Part shown: in pieces, positions 1 to 10,422 of the stretch
Layout: each line of letters begins with the position of its first letter
Numbering within the stretch: position 1 is the stretch's first letter
Assembly: GCA_965248575.1 (NCBI GenBank)
Contig: CBDFJQ010000002.1
Coordinates: 4,640,001-4,704,000, forward strand
DNA from: Planctomycetota bacterium
GTDB taxonomy: Bacteria; Planctomycetota; B15-G4
Direction of reading: 5' to 3'
Length of the DNA stretch: 64,000 nucleotides
Position numbers and translations under genes: made by a program
Notes under the pieces: generated by a model
The model's database searches: none
Seen by the model: only the letters and a program-made list of their open reading frames with translations
What the model was told of the DNA's origin: nothing

Positions 1-75
1 GGCGGGCGGAGCGAGCAGCGCGGCGAGGAAAATCGTGGCGAGCACCGTGGAACGGTGCAGCGTGCGGGCGAGCAT
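1..75 (-). CDS. 5' end of a secreted protein, truncated by the window edge
   Basis: ATG at 75 (minus) preceded by GAGGA; reads MLARTLHRSTVLATIFLAALLAPPA, signal-peptide-like, and runs off the window. Confidence 0.6.
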   Translation of the reverse strand, partial: MLARTLHRSTVLATIFLAALLAPPA

Positions 76-163
76 GAGCAGATCCTCGGGCGGGCAGTGC
101 GATCGCGAGGCGTGGACTCTAGGGACGGGACCCGGGGCCGTCCAGCCGGGCGAATGCTCCCGA

Positions 164-1717
164 TCAGGGCGTCGTGGCCATCACCGCGTTCGAGAGCGTG
201 ATCTGTGCCGGCACCGAGACGTCGTTGATCAGGTATTGGAGGTGCATGTCGATGCCGGCGGGAATCCCGGCCGGCCACGCGAGCGACTCTGAGGAGGCTC
301 CCGTCGCGGTGAACCGCAGGAACTGGACGTCGAAGGGGTTGGCGTGGAGCGTCCCGCCGAAGACGTTCAGCGGAGTGGACGTGAACGACAACCAGGCCAG
401 CAAGAGGGCGTTCGGTGCGGCCTTCTGCAGATCGATGTCCAGGATGGAGCCTGGGGTCAGGGCCCCGAAAGCGTTGAGCGTCGGCAGGCCATTGATCCCA
501 GGGCTGGCCCCGCCCAGGTCGGACCAGAAGCCGGGCAGATCGTCCGTGTCGTAGATGTAGGCCGCGCCGTCGGGAGACATGGCTGTAGGGTTGGGTGCCC
601 CCGCGAGGGCTGTCGTGCCGTCGATCGCCACGGCTCGTCCGAAAAACGCATTCGCCTCGCCATCACTGGCCCTGATCTCTGCGAGCTTGATCCATGTTGC
701 GGACTCAAAGAGGAATGCGGAGCCGGATCCCGACCCAAGTGCGTCCGTTTGACGCGCGCCGACCAGGGCGAGTCCCCCGCTGATGGCAACCGATGAACCG
801 AAGCGGTCGCCGGTGACGACGTCAACGGGCACGCCCCTCGAGACTGGCGCCCCCGTGGACGCGTCGAAGATGTAGGCCACGCCGGAGGAGGCGCCGTTGT
901 CGGCTGCGCCGGGCGCTCCCACGATGGCCTGCGAACCACTGAGGTCCAGGGACGTGTGCCCGAACTGCTCTCCCGGCCCTGTGGGGAGCAGCTTCTCGAT
1001 GACCACGCCGGGGGCCCCACCGGAGATGTCCAAGAGGTAGGCCGCACCGGCATCGAAGCCCATCTCATCGTCGCCGGCTGAGGCCACGAGCACGGTCGTC
1101 CCGCGCAAGGCCACCTGGGAGCCAAAGAGAGCTGCCGAACCCGGGGCCGGGCTCGTGATGGTCCCGATCAAGGCCCCCGTCGCGGTGTCGAACAGGAACG
1201 CACGCCCCGAGTTGTTCGTTCCCCAACCCGGTGAGCCGACGAGGGCAGCGCTGCCGCTGATGGCAACAGACTTGCCGAAGCCCTGGCTGGCGGTACCTCC
1301 GACGGGCAGGAGCTTCATGGTCTGCAAGCCTGTCGTGGCATCGAAGAGGTAGGCGGCCCCGGAATCCGCGCCAAGGTCGTCCTTGCCCGGTGCGCCGACG
1401 ATGATGGTGTTGCCGCTGATGCCGACGGAGTCGCCGAAGAAGTCACCCGCCGCACCATCGATGGCCAACAACTTCATGATCGGGGAGCCGGTGCTGGTGT
1501 CGAAGAGGTACGCCGACCCGGAGAAGAACCCATTGTCATCGTCGGTCACGGCGCCGATCACCGCTGTCGAGCCGGCGACCGAGATGGATGTCCCGAAGGA
1601 CGCTCCGCCCAGGGCTCCACTGGTGGGGGTCAGTTTGATCTCGACTTGCGCGCTTGCGGCAGCCGAGGTCAGTGAGAGCACGAGCGTCGCGAGTCGCGTG
1701 ATGAGTCGGCTGGGCAT
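164..1717 (-). CDS. Secreted FG-GAP repeat (integrin-alpha-like propeller) protein with shared C-terminal domain
   Basis: Repeated FG.SVAISG...VGAP......GAAYLFD motifs; signal peptide ending ASA-Q; AGGAG RBS before ATG 1717. Confidence 0.9.
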   Translation of the reverse strand: MPSRLITRLATLVLSLTSAAASAQVEIKLTPTSGALGGASFGTSISVAGSTAVIGAVTDDDNGFFSGSAYLFDTSTGSPIMKLLAIDGAAGDFFGDSVGISGNTIIVGAPGKDDLGADSGAAYLFDATTGLQTMKLLPVGGTASQGFGKSVAISGSAALVGSPGWGTNNSGRAFLFDTATGALIGTITSPAPGSAALFGSQVALRGTTVLVASAGDDEMGFDAGAAYLLDISGGAPGVVIEKLLPTGPGEQFGHTSLDLSGSQAIVGAPGAADNGASSGVAYIFDASTGAPVSRGVPVDVVTGDRFGSSVAISGGLALVGARQTDALGSGSGSAFLFESATWIKLAEIRASDGEANAFFGRAVAIDGTTALAGAPNPTAMSPDGAAYIYDTDDLPGFWSDLGGASPGINGLPTLNAFGALTPGSILDIDLQKAAPNALLLAWLSFTSTPLNVFGGTLHANPFDVQFLRFTATGASSESLAWPAGIPAGIDMHLQYLINDVSVPAQITLSNAVMATTP

Positions 1718-2002
1718 GGAGTTCTCCTGGTACGGGGCGAGCATTGGGGCTCTGCTGATCTGGGAGGCGTCGGGCCGTCGAGAGTGTGGCTCCTTTCAGA
1801 AGCGTCGTGCAGCTCAGTGCGTCCCGATTATTCTCCGAGAGCTTGCGGATGGGCACCCGACCCAATCATCACTCTGTGAACGCAGACCACCTCCGATCTG
1901 AGGTGTCGGCGATCGGGGCCCGGTTCCGATGGAGTCGTCGTGGGTCCCGCCGGCGCGGTAGAGTGGCGGCCTGGCGCCGGCCTGTGCGCCGGAGGGAGGT
2001 TC

Positions 2003-4456
2003 GTGGACGACGCGCTGTTCATCTTCTTGGGGCTGGCCGTGGTGATCGCCCCCTTCGTGGGCATCGCGCTCCACCTGCGATCGTCGCGCCGCATGGCCGT
2101 GCTTCAGGAAGAGGTGCGGAACCTAACAGGTCGGCTCGCCCGCTTCGACTCGCGGCTGAATGAGGTGAGTCGGGCCACAACCAAGGGGGCCGTCGAGTCC
2201 GGCGATGAGCCGGCCGCCAAAAGCGCCATGTCTGCGGTTGGAGCGCCGGCTGTCGAAGCGGAGCCTGTGGCCAATCCCCTGCCCAAGCCGGTGACGGTTC
2301 ATGCCGCACCACCCGTGCGAGCGACCCCTGCAGCGACAGCTGCACCGGCATCGGCGCCGCCGGTTGATCGGCAGAAGGAAGCGGCGGCCGCTGATCTGTC
2401 CTCGCGCGACGCTGACACCCGCGCAGACGAGCGGCTCTCCCTTGAGGCCTTCCTCGGCGGGCGGGTGCTGCTCGTCGTGGGTGTCGTTGTCGTGCTCATT
2501 GGTCTCGCGTTCTTCCTCAAGGTCGCCATCGACCGCGGGTGGCTGGGTGCTCTCGGCCCCGGGATGCGCATCGGGCTCGGTGCCGCCGCCGGTGTCGCGC
2601 TGCTCGTGGCGGGCGATCGCGTTCGGGCGCGGGGCCTCACCGTCTTTGGGCATGCCCTCATGGGCGGTGGCCTCGGGGCGCTCTACCTGTCCAACTTCTT
2701 CGCGACGACCTGGTACGACTTGATCGGACAGCAGACCGCCTTCGTCGTCGTGGGCGGGGTCACGGCCGTCGGCGCCTTCCTCGCGATCCGACGCGACGCC
2801 AAGCTGCTCGCCTGGCTTGGTTTCCTCGGCGCATTCCTCGCGCCGGCGCTGCTCGGCCGGGACGTGGACGCCCTCGAGTCGCTCACGGTGTGGCTCATCG
2901 TCGTGGATCTCGGCCTGCTCGCGGTCCTGGCGCGCCGCAGCTGGCAGGGCCTGGACGTCATGGCCTTCGTCGCGTCGGCGGTCTACTTCGCCTTCTGGTA
3001 CGAGCGCTGGTACGACTTGGAAGCTCGGCAAACGGGCGTGGCGCTGTCCCTGCCTGAAGAGGCACCTGCCCGTCTTGGAGTCGCGTGCCTTTGCCTCAGC
3101 GCGCTCCTCGCGACGAAGCTCCTCCTGAATCTGCTGCCCGCTGGCTGGCGCCGAGCACGACTTGCACCGACGAGTCTCGCTGCGGCCGTCGGAGCCGGTG
3201 TCGCCGCCCTCGCGATGGGACACGCGCTGCTCTTCCCCGCCTCGCGCGGTGCGCTGGGGGTGTCGGTGCTCGTGACGGGCGCCGTGTACGTGGCGGGCGC
3301 CCGCTGGATCGCGCGCCGCTCCGGCGGACGTGGCGACGACACGGACACCCTCGACGTCGTGGGCATCGCGTCCTTGGCCGTCGCCCTTGCCGTCCTGCTG
3401 GAGGGTGACGCGCTCACACCCGCTTGGGCCGCCGCGGGGCTCGCGGCAGTCGTGGCGGGCTGCCGGATGCCGGGGCGCCCCTTCCTCGTGTCGGGGCTCG
3501 TGCTCATGGGCCTGGCGACAGTTCACGTCTTCTCGGACCGCATGCCGCTCCATCACGAACCCTTCCTGCCGCTCGTGAACATCAGCTTCCTGTCGGCGGC
3601 CTCTCCCGCTGTCGCGATGCTCCTGGCGGGCGCCGCCATGCGTCGCGTTCGAGAGGACATCACCACCCAGGTGCGGCCCATCGTCATCACGGTTGGCGCG
3701 TGGCTGCTCGGCTTCCTGGTGGCGGCGGATCTCTTGGACCACGCCGTTCTCGACCCCGGCCGCTACGGGGACGCGGCCCACGAGCTGGGTCTCGTCTTCG
3801 CGTCGTTGGGTCTCGCGACTCTCGGCGCCCTCTTCACGGCCAGCTTGGGGCGCGGGCGCGACCCCGTTCCGACGGCCGGGATCGGCCCGGTCCTGGGCGC
3901 ACTGCTCCTGGCGCTGCTCGTGAACGTCACCGGCAACCGCCCCGGCTTCACCCCTGTCGTCAACAGCATCTTCGGGGCCGGGCTTTTCGCAACGGCTGCC
4001 GCGGTGTTCGCAGGTCGGCTGCTCCGAGGGCAGCTGCGGGTCGTCGCCTGGAGCGCTGTGGGTGTCGCGGCGTTCTCACTCGTGACCAGTGAGATCTTCG
4101 CGACAGGGCGCTTTGCCGAGATCGCCGCGGGGTCGCGCGCCGAGGCGGAGTTCCGGGCCCAGGTCTGGGTCTCCGTAGCGTGGGGCCTGTACGGGGCCGT
4201 GTTGTTGTGGGTCGGCTTCCGACGCGACCTTGCCGCCCTCCGCTGGTCAGCGCTGGGCGTCTTCGCCCTGACCCTGGGCAAGATCGTGTTCGTCGACATG
4301 TCCCAGCTCGACACGCTCTACCGTATCGGGTCCTTCCTCGGTGTGGGTGGCCTGCTCGTAGCGGCGTCTTTCCTCTACCAGCGCGCGCGGCGGACCGGGC
4401 CGGAGAGCGGTCCAACCACACAGGCGCCGGCGGCCGGTGCGCCCTCGCCTGAGTAG
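2003..4456 (+). CDS. DUF2339-type polytopic membrane protein
   Basis: GGAGG before GTG 2003; LE..LGG...GLAFFLK near the N-terminus; many TM segments; C-terminal K...VDMSQL...RIGSFLGVG pattern. Confidence 0.85.
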   Translation: MDDALFIFLGLAVVIAPFVGIALHLRSSRRMAVLQEEVRNLTGRLARFDSRLNEVSRATTKGAVESGDEPAAKSAMSAVGAPAVEAEPVANPLPKPVTVHAAPPVRATPAATAAPASAPPVDRQKEAAAADLSSRDADTRADERLSLEAFLGGRVLLVVGVVVVLIGLAFFLKVAIDRGWLGALGPGMRIGLGAAAGVALLVAGDRVRARGLTVFGHALMGGGLGALYLSNFFATTWYDLIGQQTAFVVVGGVTAVGAFLAIRRDAKLLAWLGFLGAFLAPALLGRDVDALESLTVWLIVVDLGLLAVLARRSWQGLDVMAFVASAVYFAFWYERWYDLEARQTGVALSLPEEAPARLGVACLCLSALLATKLLLNLLPAGWRRARLAPTSLAAAVGAGVAALAMGHALLFPASRGALGVSVLVTGAVYVAGARWIARRSGGRGDDTDTLDVVGIASLAVALAVLLEGDALTPAWAAAGLAAVVAGCRMPGRPFLVSGLVLMGLATVHVFSDRMPLHHEPFLPLVNISFLSAASPAVAMLLAGAAMRRVREDITTQVRPIVITVGAWLLGFLVAADLLDHAVLDPGRYGDAAHELGLVFASLGLATLGALFTASLGRGRDPVPTAGIGPVLGALLLALLVNVTGNRPGFTPVVNSIFGAGLFATAAAVFAGRLLRGQLRVVAWSAVGVAAFSLVTSEIFATGRFAEIAAGSRAEAEFRAQVWVSVAWGLYGAVLLWVGFRRDLAALRWSALGVFALTLGKIVFVDMSQLDTLYRIGSFLGVGGLLVAASFLYQRARRTGPESGPTTQAPAAGAPSPE

Positions 4457-4540
4457 ACCGGCACCATTTAGGCGCCCCGGCGCGCCTCGATCGGGTCCGC
4501 CGGAACGCCCTCCTCGCAGGCCGCTAGCTCGTGCTGTTGA

Positions 4541-5809
4541 GTGTCGGCTGTCAGCATCGATCGCCCGGTGCGTCCAGGGACGCCTATGGGGATGCCAGCG
4601 TGTTCACTTCTTTCCAAAGCGACGGTCGTCGGGCTCGTGGGGTGTTGTGTCTCAATAGGTTGGCTCCTGTCCGATGGGCAAGGGGAGTTGGCGCCGGCTG
4701 GCGACGCGCTCTGGACTCCCAGTCAGAGGGGGCGGATCGAGTTGCCCACCGAGGTGGCTTCGAGCACGGCCTTGACGGGCTCTCGTCCGGCGCCTGCAGA
4801 CCTTCCGCAGCTCGTGGAGGCGGATGTCACTTCCCTGACCGTTCACACGGCCAACACCCCATCGCCCTTGAGGCGTTTTCGGATCAGCGGTCGCGTCGTC
4901 GACACGGCTGGTCGACCCGTGGTTGCCTCCGTGAGGGGTTACCCGTTCGGCATGCACGGGGTTGAGAGGTACCCTGACGACTGGGGGCCCATCCAGGATG
5001 AGCCGGGATGGTTCGATGTGCTCGCCAATCTCCCTGCCGCGGATGTCATTGCATCCGACCAAGACGGTCGGTTCTCCTTTGAGTTCCTGGTTGTTGCCAC
5101 GACGGGGAAGGAAGAGTTCCTTCCTTGGAAGGCCTTCGCCAACGAGCGTATCTGCGCTTCCAATCTGTGGCCTACCCTGCTCGTGAGTCGCGAAGGGTCT
5201 GTGCCGAGCTGGGTGGACGTTAGTCGAGTGTGGGATGGGCGTTCCCTGGACGTAGGCGATGTACCTCTGCGTGCGTCGACGACCCTTTGTGGATGGCTCG
5301 TGGGTGACAACGGTCTGCCCCTGGAAGGGGCCCGCGTCTCTCTTCCCGCCGACGTGGAGCCTGACACGGTCTTGTTCCACGAGAACCCGTACTGGCAGTT
5401 CCGTATTTCGAGTGGGTGCGGCATGCCGTACTATCCGCCCCCGCTACGCGACGAGGGCGACACGGTGTTCTCGACTCTCACAGATGCGAAGGGGCGTTTC
5501 TTCCTCGATGCACCGCCAGCCGACTTTCTCTGGCTCAGTGTGGATTGCCGGGACGATCGCAGGACGGTCTTCCGTGTTCCAGGGTTGAACCTGCACCGAC
5601 GATTCTTGGACCTGGGCACACTCTCCCTGTCCGAGGGACGTGCTGTGGAGATGGAAAGGAAGGACCGCAAGCGACTGCCTAGTCCTCGCATCGTCCACCG
5701 TGTTTCGAGTCCCATGGACTTCTGCGGCGGCTCAAGCATGAGCACGGTTGACTCGAGTGCCTTCTCTATTCGGCCTCCTAGGGCTGAGTTGGCTGAAGGC
5801 GACAGCTAA
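4541..5809 (+). CDS. Membrane-anchored protein with two carboxypeptidase-regulatory-like (Cna-B-like) repeats
   Basis: ISGRVVDTAGRPV...SDQDGRF and LCGWLVGDNGLPLEGARV...TDAKGRF repeats; N-terminal hydrophobic segment; start uncertain (possibly 4586 or 4592). Confidence 0.6.
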   Translation: MSAVSIDRPVRPGTPMGMPACSLLSKATVVGLVGCCVSIGWLLSDGQGELAPAGDALWTPSQRGRIELPTEVASSTALTGSRPAPADLPQLVEADVTSLTVHTANTPSPLRRFRISGRVVDTAGRPVVASVRGYPFGMHGVERYPDDWGPIQDEPGWFDVLANLPAADVIASDQDGRFSFEFLVVATTGKEEFLPWKAFANERICASNLWPTLLVSREGSVPSWVDVSRVWDGRSLDVGDVPLRASTTLCGWLVGDNGLPLEGARVSLPADVEPDTVLFHENPYWQFRISSGCGMPYYPPPLRDEGDTVFSTLTDAKGRFFLDAPPADFLWLSVDCRDDRRTVFRVPGLNLHRRFLDLGTLSLSEGRAVEMERKDRKRLPSPRIVHRVSSPMDFCGGSSMSTVDSSAFSIRPPRAELAEGDS

Positions 5810-5898
5810 GGCTACGCCGCTGAGCAGAGAATGGTGCTGCACGCACTGGCGCGCGGCAAGACTGCTGATCAATCGGCGCTCCGGGGAACCACACGCGC

Positions 5899-6915
5899 TC
5901 AGAACGAGATGGCCAGGCCCGACGAGAGCTGGAAGGGCTGCTGCGGGAACAGGTTGTCGAAGAACACCGTCTGCAGCGAGAGGTCGATGCCGATCAGGGA
6001 GGTCTGGTGGGGCACCGGCCACGGGAAGGAGATCTGCCCTGCCGCATCCGCGGTGGTGGAGATCTGCGTGAGGATCTGGTCCACGAAGAAGATGCACAGG
6101 AAGGGGCTGGGGATGGGCGTCCCTTGGTGGCCGAGGCCGACGTAGATGATGGCCGGCGAGAAGGGAACCTGGTGCAGGATGTCGACGGTGAAGTCGAGGT
6201 TGCCCAGGGCTGGCGTGCCCGAGGTCATCATCGGTGGGAGCGCCAAGGGCGAGCAGGCGGGGAACAGGAACTCGGTGCGAGCGCTCGGCGTCACGTTCGG
6301 CCCGCCGAGAGTCGGCGTCACGTCGCGGAACCAATTGCCAGCGAGCCCGCCGCTGGTGCCGAGCGCCAAGGACACGTCGAGGTCCGTGGTGGGCAGAAAC
6401 TGGCTCGCTTGCAGCCAGCGGCCAGCTTGTACGGCAACCGTCGCGCCGTTCTGATTCGGAGCGCCCCACTGCATGAAGTCCACGATGTTCGCCGGGTCCA
6501 GGCAAAGCGCAGGTGGAAAGGGAACGGGTTGCCAGGAGCTGAGCATGAGCGAGCCGGCTGTGATGCTCAGGTTCGGCACGCCGACCGGGAGCCAGAGGTC
6601 TGTTGCCGTGTCGATGCCGCTGTCGCCCACATGCACACGCACGCTGCCGCCCGGTGGGACGATGAGGTCAGCTAGCTTCACGGACACGAACTGCTGCATG
6701 CAGAGCTGCAGTTGTCCCAGGTCCGCCGAGGTATTCCCGGTGTTGGTGATCTCGATGATCTGAGAGGGCGAGGGTTGGAAGGCGGGTCGCAACAGGACCT
6801 CGGTCATTCGGAAGCTGGGCGGGGCGCCCTGAGCGCTGAGCTGCGGGTCCAAGACAATTAGCAGGAGGGCGACGAGGGCGGAGCAGTGCAGTCGGGCTAG
6901 CGGCGAAGGGCGCAT
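5899..6915 (-). CDS. Secreted lamin-tail-like domain protein with shared C-terminal domain
   Basis: Signal peptide ending LSA-Q; MTEVL...QIIEITNTG.TSADL...TPTLGGPN lamin-tail-like pattern; C-terminal ADAAG...WPVP...LQ...LSSG. Confidence 0.75.
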   Translation of the reverse strand: MRPSPLARLHCSALVALLLIVLDPQLSAQGAPPSFRMTEVLLRPAFQPSPSQIIEITNTGNTSADLGQLQLCMQQFVSVKLADLIVPPGGSVRVHVGDSGIDTATDLWLPVGVPNLSITAGSLMLSSWQPVPFPPALCLDPANIVDFMQWGAPNQNGATVAVQAGRWLQASQFLPTTDLDVSLALGTSGGLAGNWFRDVTPTLGGPNVTPSARTEFLFPACSPLALPPMMTSGTPALGNLDFTVDILHQVPFSPAIIYVGLGHQGTPIPSPFLCIFFVDQILTQISTTADAAGQISFPWPVPHQTSLIGIDLSLQTVFFDNLFPQQPFQLSSGLAISF

Positions 6916-7202
6916 GATGGGGGTCTCGAGGAATCGTGGGTGGAGACACTCGGGTCGGCGGGCGGTAGCAGTCGACGCACCGTGAGGACGGTCGGACGTG
7001 CGGCCGGGGCATGAATCCGACACCTGTCGGTCAAGAGGCCTATCGCAGTTGGCACGGTCGGAAGGAGATTGACTTTATTGCACTGTGTTTGGATTCTTCT
7101 GTCTGGAAGAGGCCTCCCTGACGCTTGATCTCGGGGGGGATGTGAGAGTTGTTGCCGGCCACGCGCCGCGTAGCCGATCGCTGGTGTCCTGGAGGAATTG
7201 CC

Positions 7203-8678
7203 ATGAAGCCCATCGTCCTGATCCACGGCTACAGCGCCGAGAGTTCGGAAACCACGAAGAAGGCCATCAAGGGCATCTACGGAAAGATGCCTCGGGCACT
7301 CCGTCAGGCGTACGGCAAGGCAAACGTGGTCGAGATCGACCTCGCCCGCTACATCTCGCTGGACGACGGGCTCTCCATCGATGACGTCTCGATGGCCATG
7401 CAGCGTGAGCTCAAAGATCGCTACCCGCAGCTTCTGAGCGGTGGTTTCCATGCGCTGGTCCACAGCACCGGCGCGCTGGTCATCAAGAATTGGCTCCGCA
7501 ACCACAGTGCTCGGCCGTCTCCCCTGCAAAATCTCGTGCACTTGGCGGGTGCCAACTGGGGCAGCGGCTGGGCGCACATCGGCAAGACGCAGTTCGCGAA
7601 GTGGGGCCGCAAGATCTTTGGTGCCGGCGAGCGCGGCGTGCGCATCCTGCACGCCTTGGAGCTCGGGTCATCCTGGACGATCGACCTCCACACTCACTTC
7701 CTCGACGGTGCCAACGATCTGCAGCGGAAGTACGGTGTCTACGAGCACGTCGTCATCGGCACGCAGGCCGACGTCAAGTGGTTCGAGGCGCCGGTGCGCT
7801 ACGGCAAGGAGGATGGTTCCGACGGTGTGGTCCGGGTGGCGGCAAGCAACCTCAATTACAACTACGTGCGCTTCGTCCCCACCGACGAGGCCCTGGACCT
7901 GAAGTGGAAAACGGCCAGCAGCCAGGCCGAGCGTCACCGGGACCGCGGGCGGAATCGAAAGCCCTACTACCGCATCGCAAAGACATCACGGCCCGGTAAG
8001 CGTGGTCGCCCGCTGATCCCCTTCGCCATTCCCTACCAGTGCGCCCACTCGGGCGAGGACATGGGGATCGTCTCCAAAGAGCCGCCGAGCAAGCAGGTGC
8101 TGCGGCTCATCGACCTGGGGCTCAAGTCGACGCCAGCGACCTGGCAGGGCCGCGTGGAGCGCTTCAAGGACGAGACCGCGAAAACCTATGCGAGGGCGTT
8201 GAGCGAGCAGAATCCCTCCTGGTGGAAGAAGTGGATCTCCGAGCCTCGTGCTCAGTACGACAAGCACGCGCAGGTGGTGTTCCGCTTCCACGATCAGGAC
8301 GGACGTCCCGTCGAGCACTTCGACGTGTTCTTCGATTCGGTGGCCACCAAGGCGGACAAGTCGCTCCCCGTGCGGGAGCTGATGGAGACGCAGCACGTCA
8401 ACGGAACCACCAAGAACTGCATCTCCTTCTACATGCGCACAGACGCCTTCGATGAGGACAAGGGGAAGTGGGAACCGCGGATTCCGCACGTGGACGGTTG
8501 CCACATCGAGGTGATGGCGACCGAGCCCGGGACCGACGAGATCTGTTACGTGCCGTTCCGCTACGACTTCAGCGCCCAGCAGCTCGCGGAATACGTGCAA
8601 GCGCACCGCACCACGATCATCGACATCGAACTGATGCGCGTGCCGAGCGATGAGGTCTACCGGATGGTGACGCTCTGA
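7203..8678 (+). CDS. Alpha/beta-hydrolase fold protein (lipase/esterase-like)
   Basis: GGAGGA RBS; IVLIHGYS oxyanion motif, VHSTG nucleophile elbow, SDGVV Asp and AHSG His. Confidence 0.8.
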   Translation: MKPIVLIHGYSAESSETTKKAIKGIYGKMPRALRQAYGKANVVEIDLARYISLDDGLSIDDVSMAMQRELKDRYPQLLSGGFHALVHSTGALVIKNWLRNHSARPSPLQNLVHLAGANWGSGWAHIGKTQFAKWGRKIFGAGERGVRILHALELGSSWTIDLHTHFLDGANDLQRKYGVYEHVVIGTQADVKWFEAPVRYGKEDGSDGVVRVAASNLNYNYVRFVPTDEALDLKWKTASSQAERHRDRGRNRKPYYRIAKTSRPGKRGRPLIPFAIPYQCAHSGEDMGIVSKEPPSKQVLRLIDLGLKSTPATWQGRVERFKDETAKTYARALSEQNPSWWKKWISEPRAQYDKHAQVVFRFHDQDGRPVEHFDVFFDSVATKADKSLPVRELMETQHVNGTTKNCISFYMRTDAFDEDKGKWEPRIPHVDGCHIEVMATEPGTDEICYVPFRYDFSAQQLAEYVQAHRTTIIDIELMRVPSDEVYRMVTL

Positions 8679-8761
8679 CGGTTGCCGATGGCGGCGGCGC
8701 TTCCCCCTGACTCTGCACAGATGAGGCGACCAGGCAGCTCTGATTCCTCAAGACGGGCAAG

Positions 8762-8797
8762 ACAACGACAGCGGCCCTTACGAGCCGCTGCCTTTGT
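8762..8797 (+). terminator. Probable intrinsic terminator between convergent genes
   Basis: CAGCGGC (8769-8775) pairs with GCCGCTG (8784-8790), followed by CCTTTGTT. Confidence 0.5.
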
Positions 8798-8828
8798 TCT
8801 CGCGATCGTATATGGGACCGGTCCCCGG

Positions 8829-9950
8829 CTAGAAGTCACCGACCTTGAACATGACAACGTCTGAGGTGCAATAGGCCAGGGCTAGTGGGTCCTGAATCTC
8901 GGTGGAGACCGCCTGGGCATAGAGCCGGATGGGCGCCAGAGGTGATGCAGGAAGCTGGACGCTCAAGGTCGCATCGCCGTTGGCATCCGTGATACCCAGC
9001 GGGAGCGGAATCCAGGGCGGCAGCACTCCCAAGGTCACAAACCCAAGAGGAGCAACACTGAGCTCGAACACCCCTTGGGCACCCGAAACGAGCAGGTAGG
9101 TGGAGGCGAAGGGCGTTCCACCCGTGAGCTCGAAGGTCACCATGCTGCCCGGCAGGCCACTGCCCAAGACAGCCAAGGACGAGCAGTCTGTCTCGAGCGA
9201 CCAGTTGAGCAGATCGTGGTTTGCAAAGCCCCCGCCAGTGCTGGCCGAGAAGCCGAAGTAGGCGCTGTCGCCCAGCATGTCCTGGAGGTCGACGGACTCG
9301 CTGAAGAGCAGCTGAACGGGCATCCCATCTTCGGAATACGAGACGCTCAGCTGATTCGACATGGCGTCGTAGGTCACCAGCACGTTCTTGACCAGTCCAT
9401 TGTCGATGGGCTGGTCAGTCGCCACGGCGACGACGTGGTTGGTCTTGTCGCCATCGAGAGTCAGAGCGACGTGATGATCATCGGGGTCCCAGCCGTTTTG
9501 GTAGATGTCGAACTCGATCACCACGCTGGGTGAAATGGCTTGCCCGTTGGGTGCGATGTCGGAGTAGCCGAGGGCTCCACCGCCAAAGCCCAGGGCCGTG
9601 TCCGCGCGTGGATCACTGTGAATCACCAACGCAAGGCCATCGGAGAGGAGCTCGATGGGTTGGGCACCAGTGATCTGGAACTGGAACTCGGATTCGAACC
9701 CCTGGTCGGTCGCCAGGGCTGTCTCCCAGAAGGCCGTGCCCGCTTGTCCCATGACCTCGGGCACGAGGCGCAGCACGCCGCCGCTTGCGGCAGCTGCGCC
9801 GTTGAGCGTGAGTCCGTCCGTGGAATCGAAGTTGGGGAAGTCGATGGTCTGCGCCGTCAGCGCAGAGGCCTGGAAGGAGGCCGTGAGGGCGAGCGCGGTC
9901 AGCAGTCGTACCCAACCGCGGCCCCTGATCCTTCTTTGCATGGTGTTCAT
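8829..9950 (-). CDS. Secreted L-type (legume) lectin domain protein with shared C-terminal domain
   Basis: LTLNGAA...LRL, FESEFQFQI, DGLALVI, VVIEFD, AYFGFSASTGG...HDLLNWS: classic L-lectin motifs; signal peptide; GGAG RBS. Confidence 0.9.
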   Translation of the reverse strand: MNTMQRRIRGRGWVRLLTALALTASFQASALTAQTIDFPNFDSTDGLTLNGAAAASGGVLRLVPEVMGQAGTAFWETALATDQGFESEFQFQITGAQPIELLSDGLALVIHSDPRADTALGFGGGALGYSDIAPNGQAISPSVVIEFDIYQNGWDPDDHHVALTLDGDKTNHVVAVATDQPIDNGLVKNVLVTYDAMSNQLSVSYSEDGMPVQLLFSESVDLQDMLGDSAYFGFSASTGGGFANHDLLNWSLETDCSSLAVLGSGLPGSMVTFELTGGTPFASTYLLVSGAQGVFELSVAPLGFVTLGVLPPWIPLPLGITDANGDATLSVQLPASPLAPIRLYAQAVSTEIQDPLALAYCTSDVVMFKVGDF

Positions 9951-10422
9951 GATGATCTCCCTTGCTCATGTAGTTGACTGTTTGCCTGTCACGGACACTA
10001 CGAGTAAGAGGCGCGCCGTCCGATACGGCAGAGGCAGTAAGCCGGGAGCAACAACGTGTGATGAGGAGCTGACCTGTCGAGCGCCACGCACCTGCGCAAT
10101 CCACCGTGAATCCTCGACGCCTGTTCCGCGCTCTTCGCACACAGCGGGCAACGCGCGAACGCGCTGGCCGAGATGTCTTGCTGCGCAGGAGCCGTGTGCT
10201 CGTTCGTCGTCTACGCCATGTGGCACCCGTGCACGCAGACCTACGTCCATTGTGTCGCGCGCTCCCGATGCCTGACGTATGTCGCCGAAGGAGGTTGGGC
10301 GCGAGAGTGTTGTTGGAGATTCCAGAAGTCCCCTGATGGTTCCCCGATCATTCCCCCGGGAGCTCATCTCCAGACGGCCTCGTTGGCCGTGGGGCGGCTC
10401 TCTCCAATGAAAGAGGTCAATC

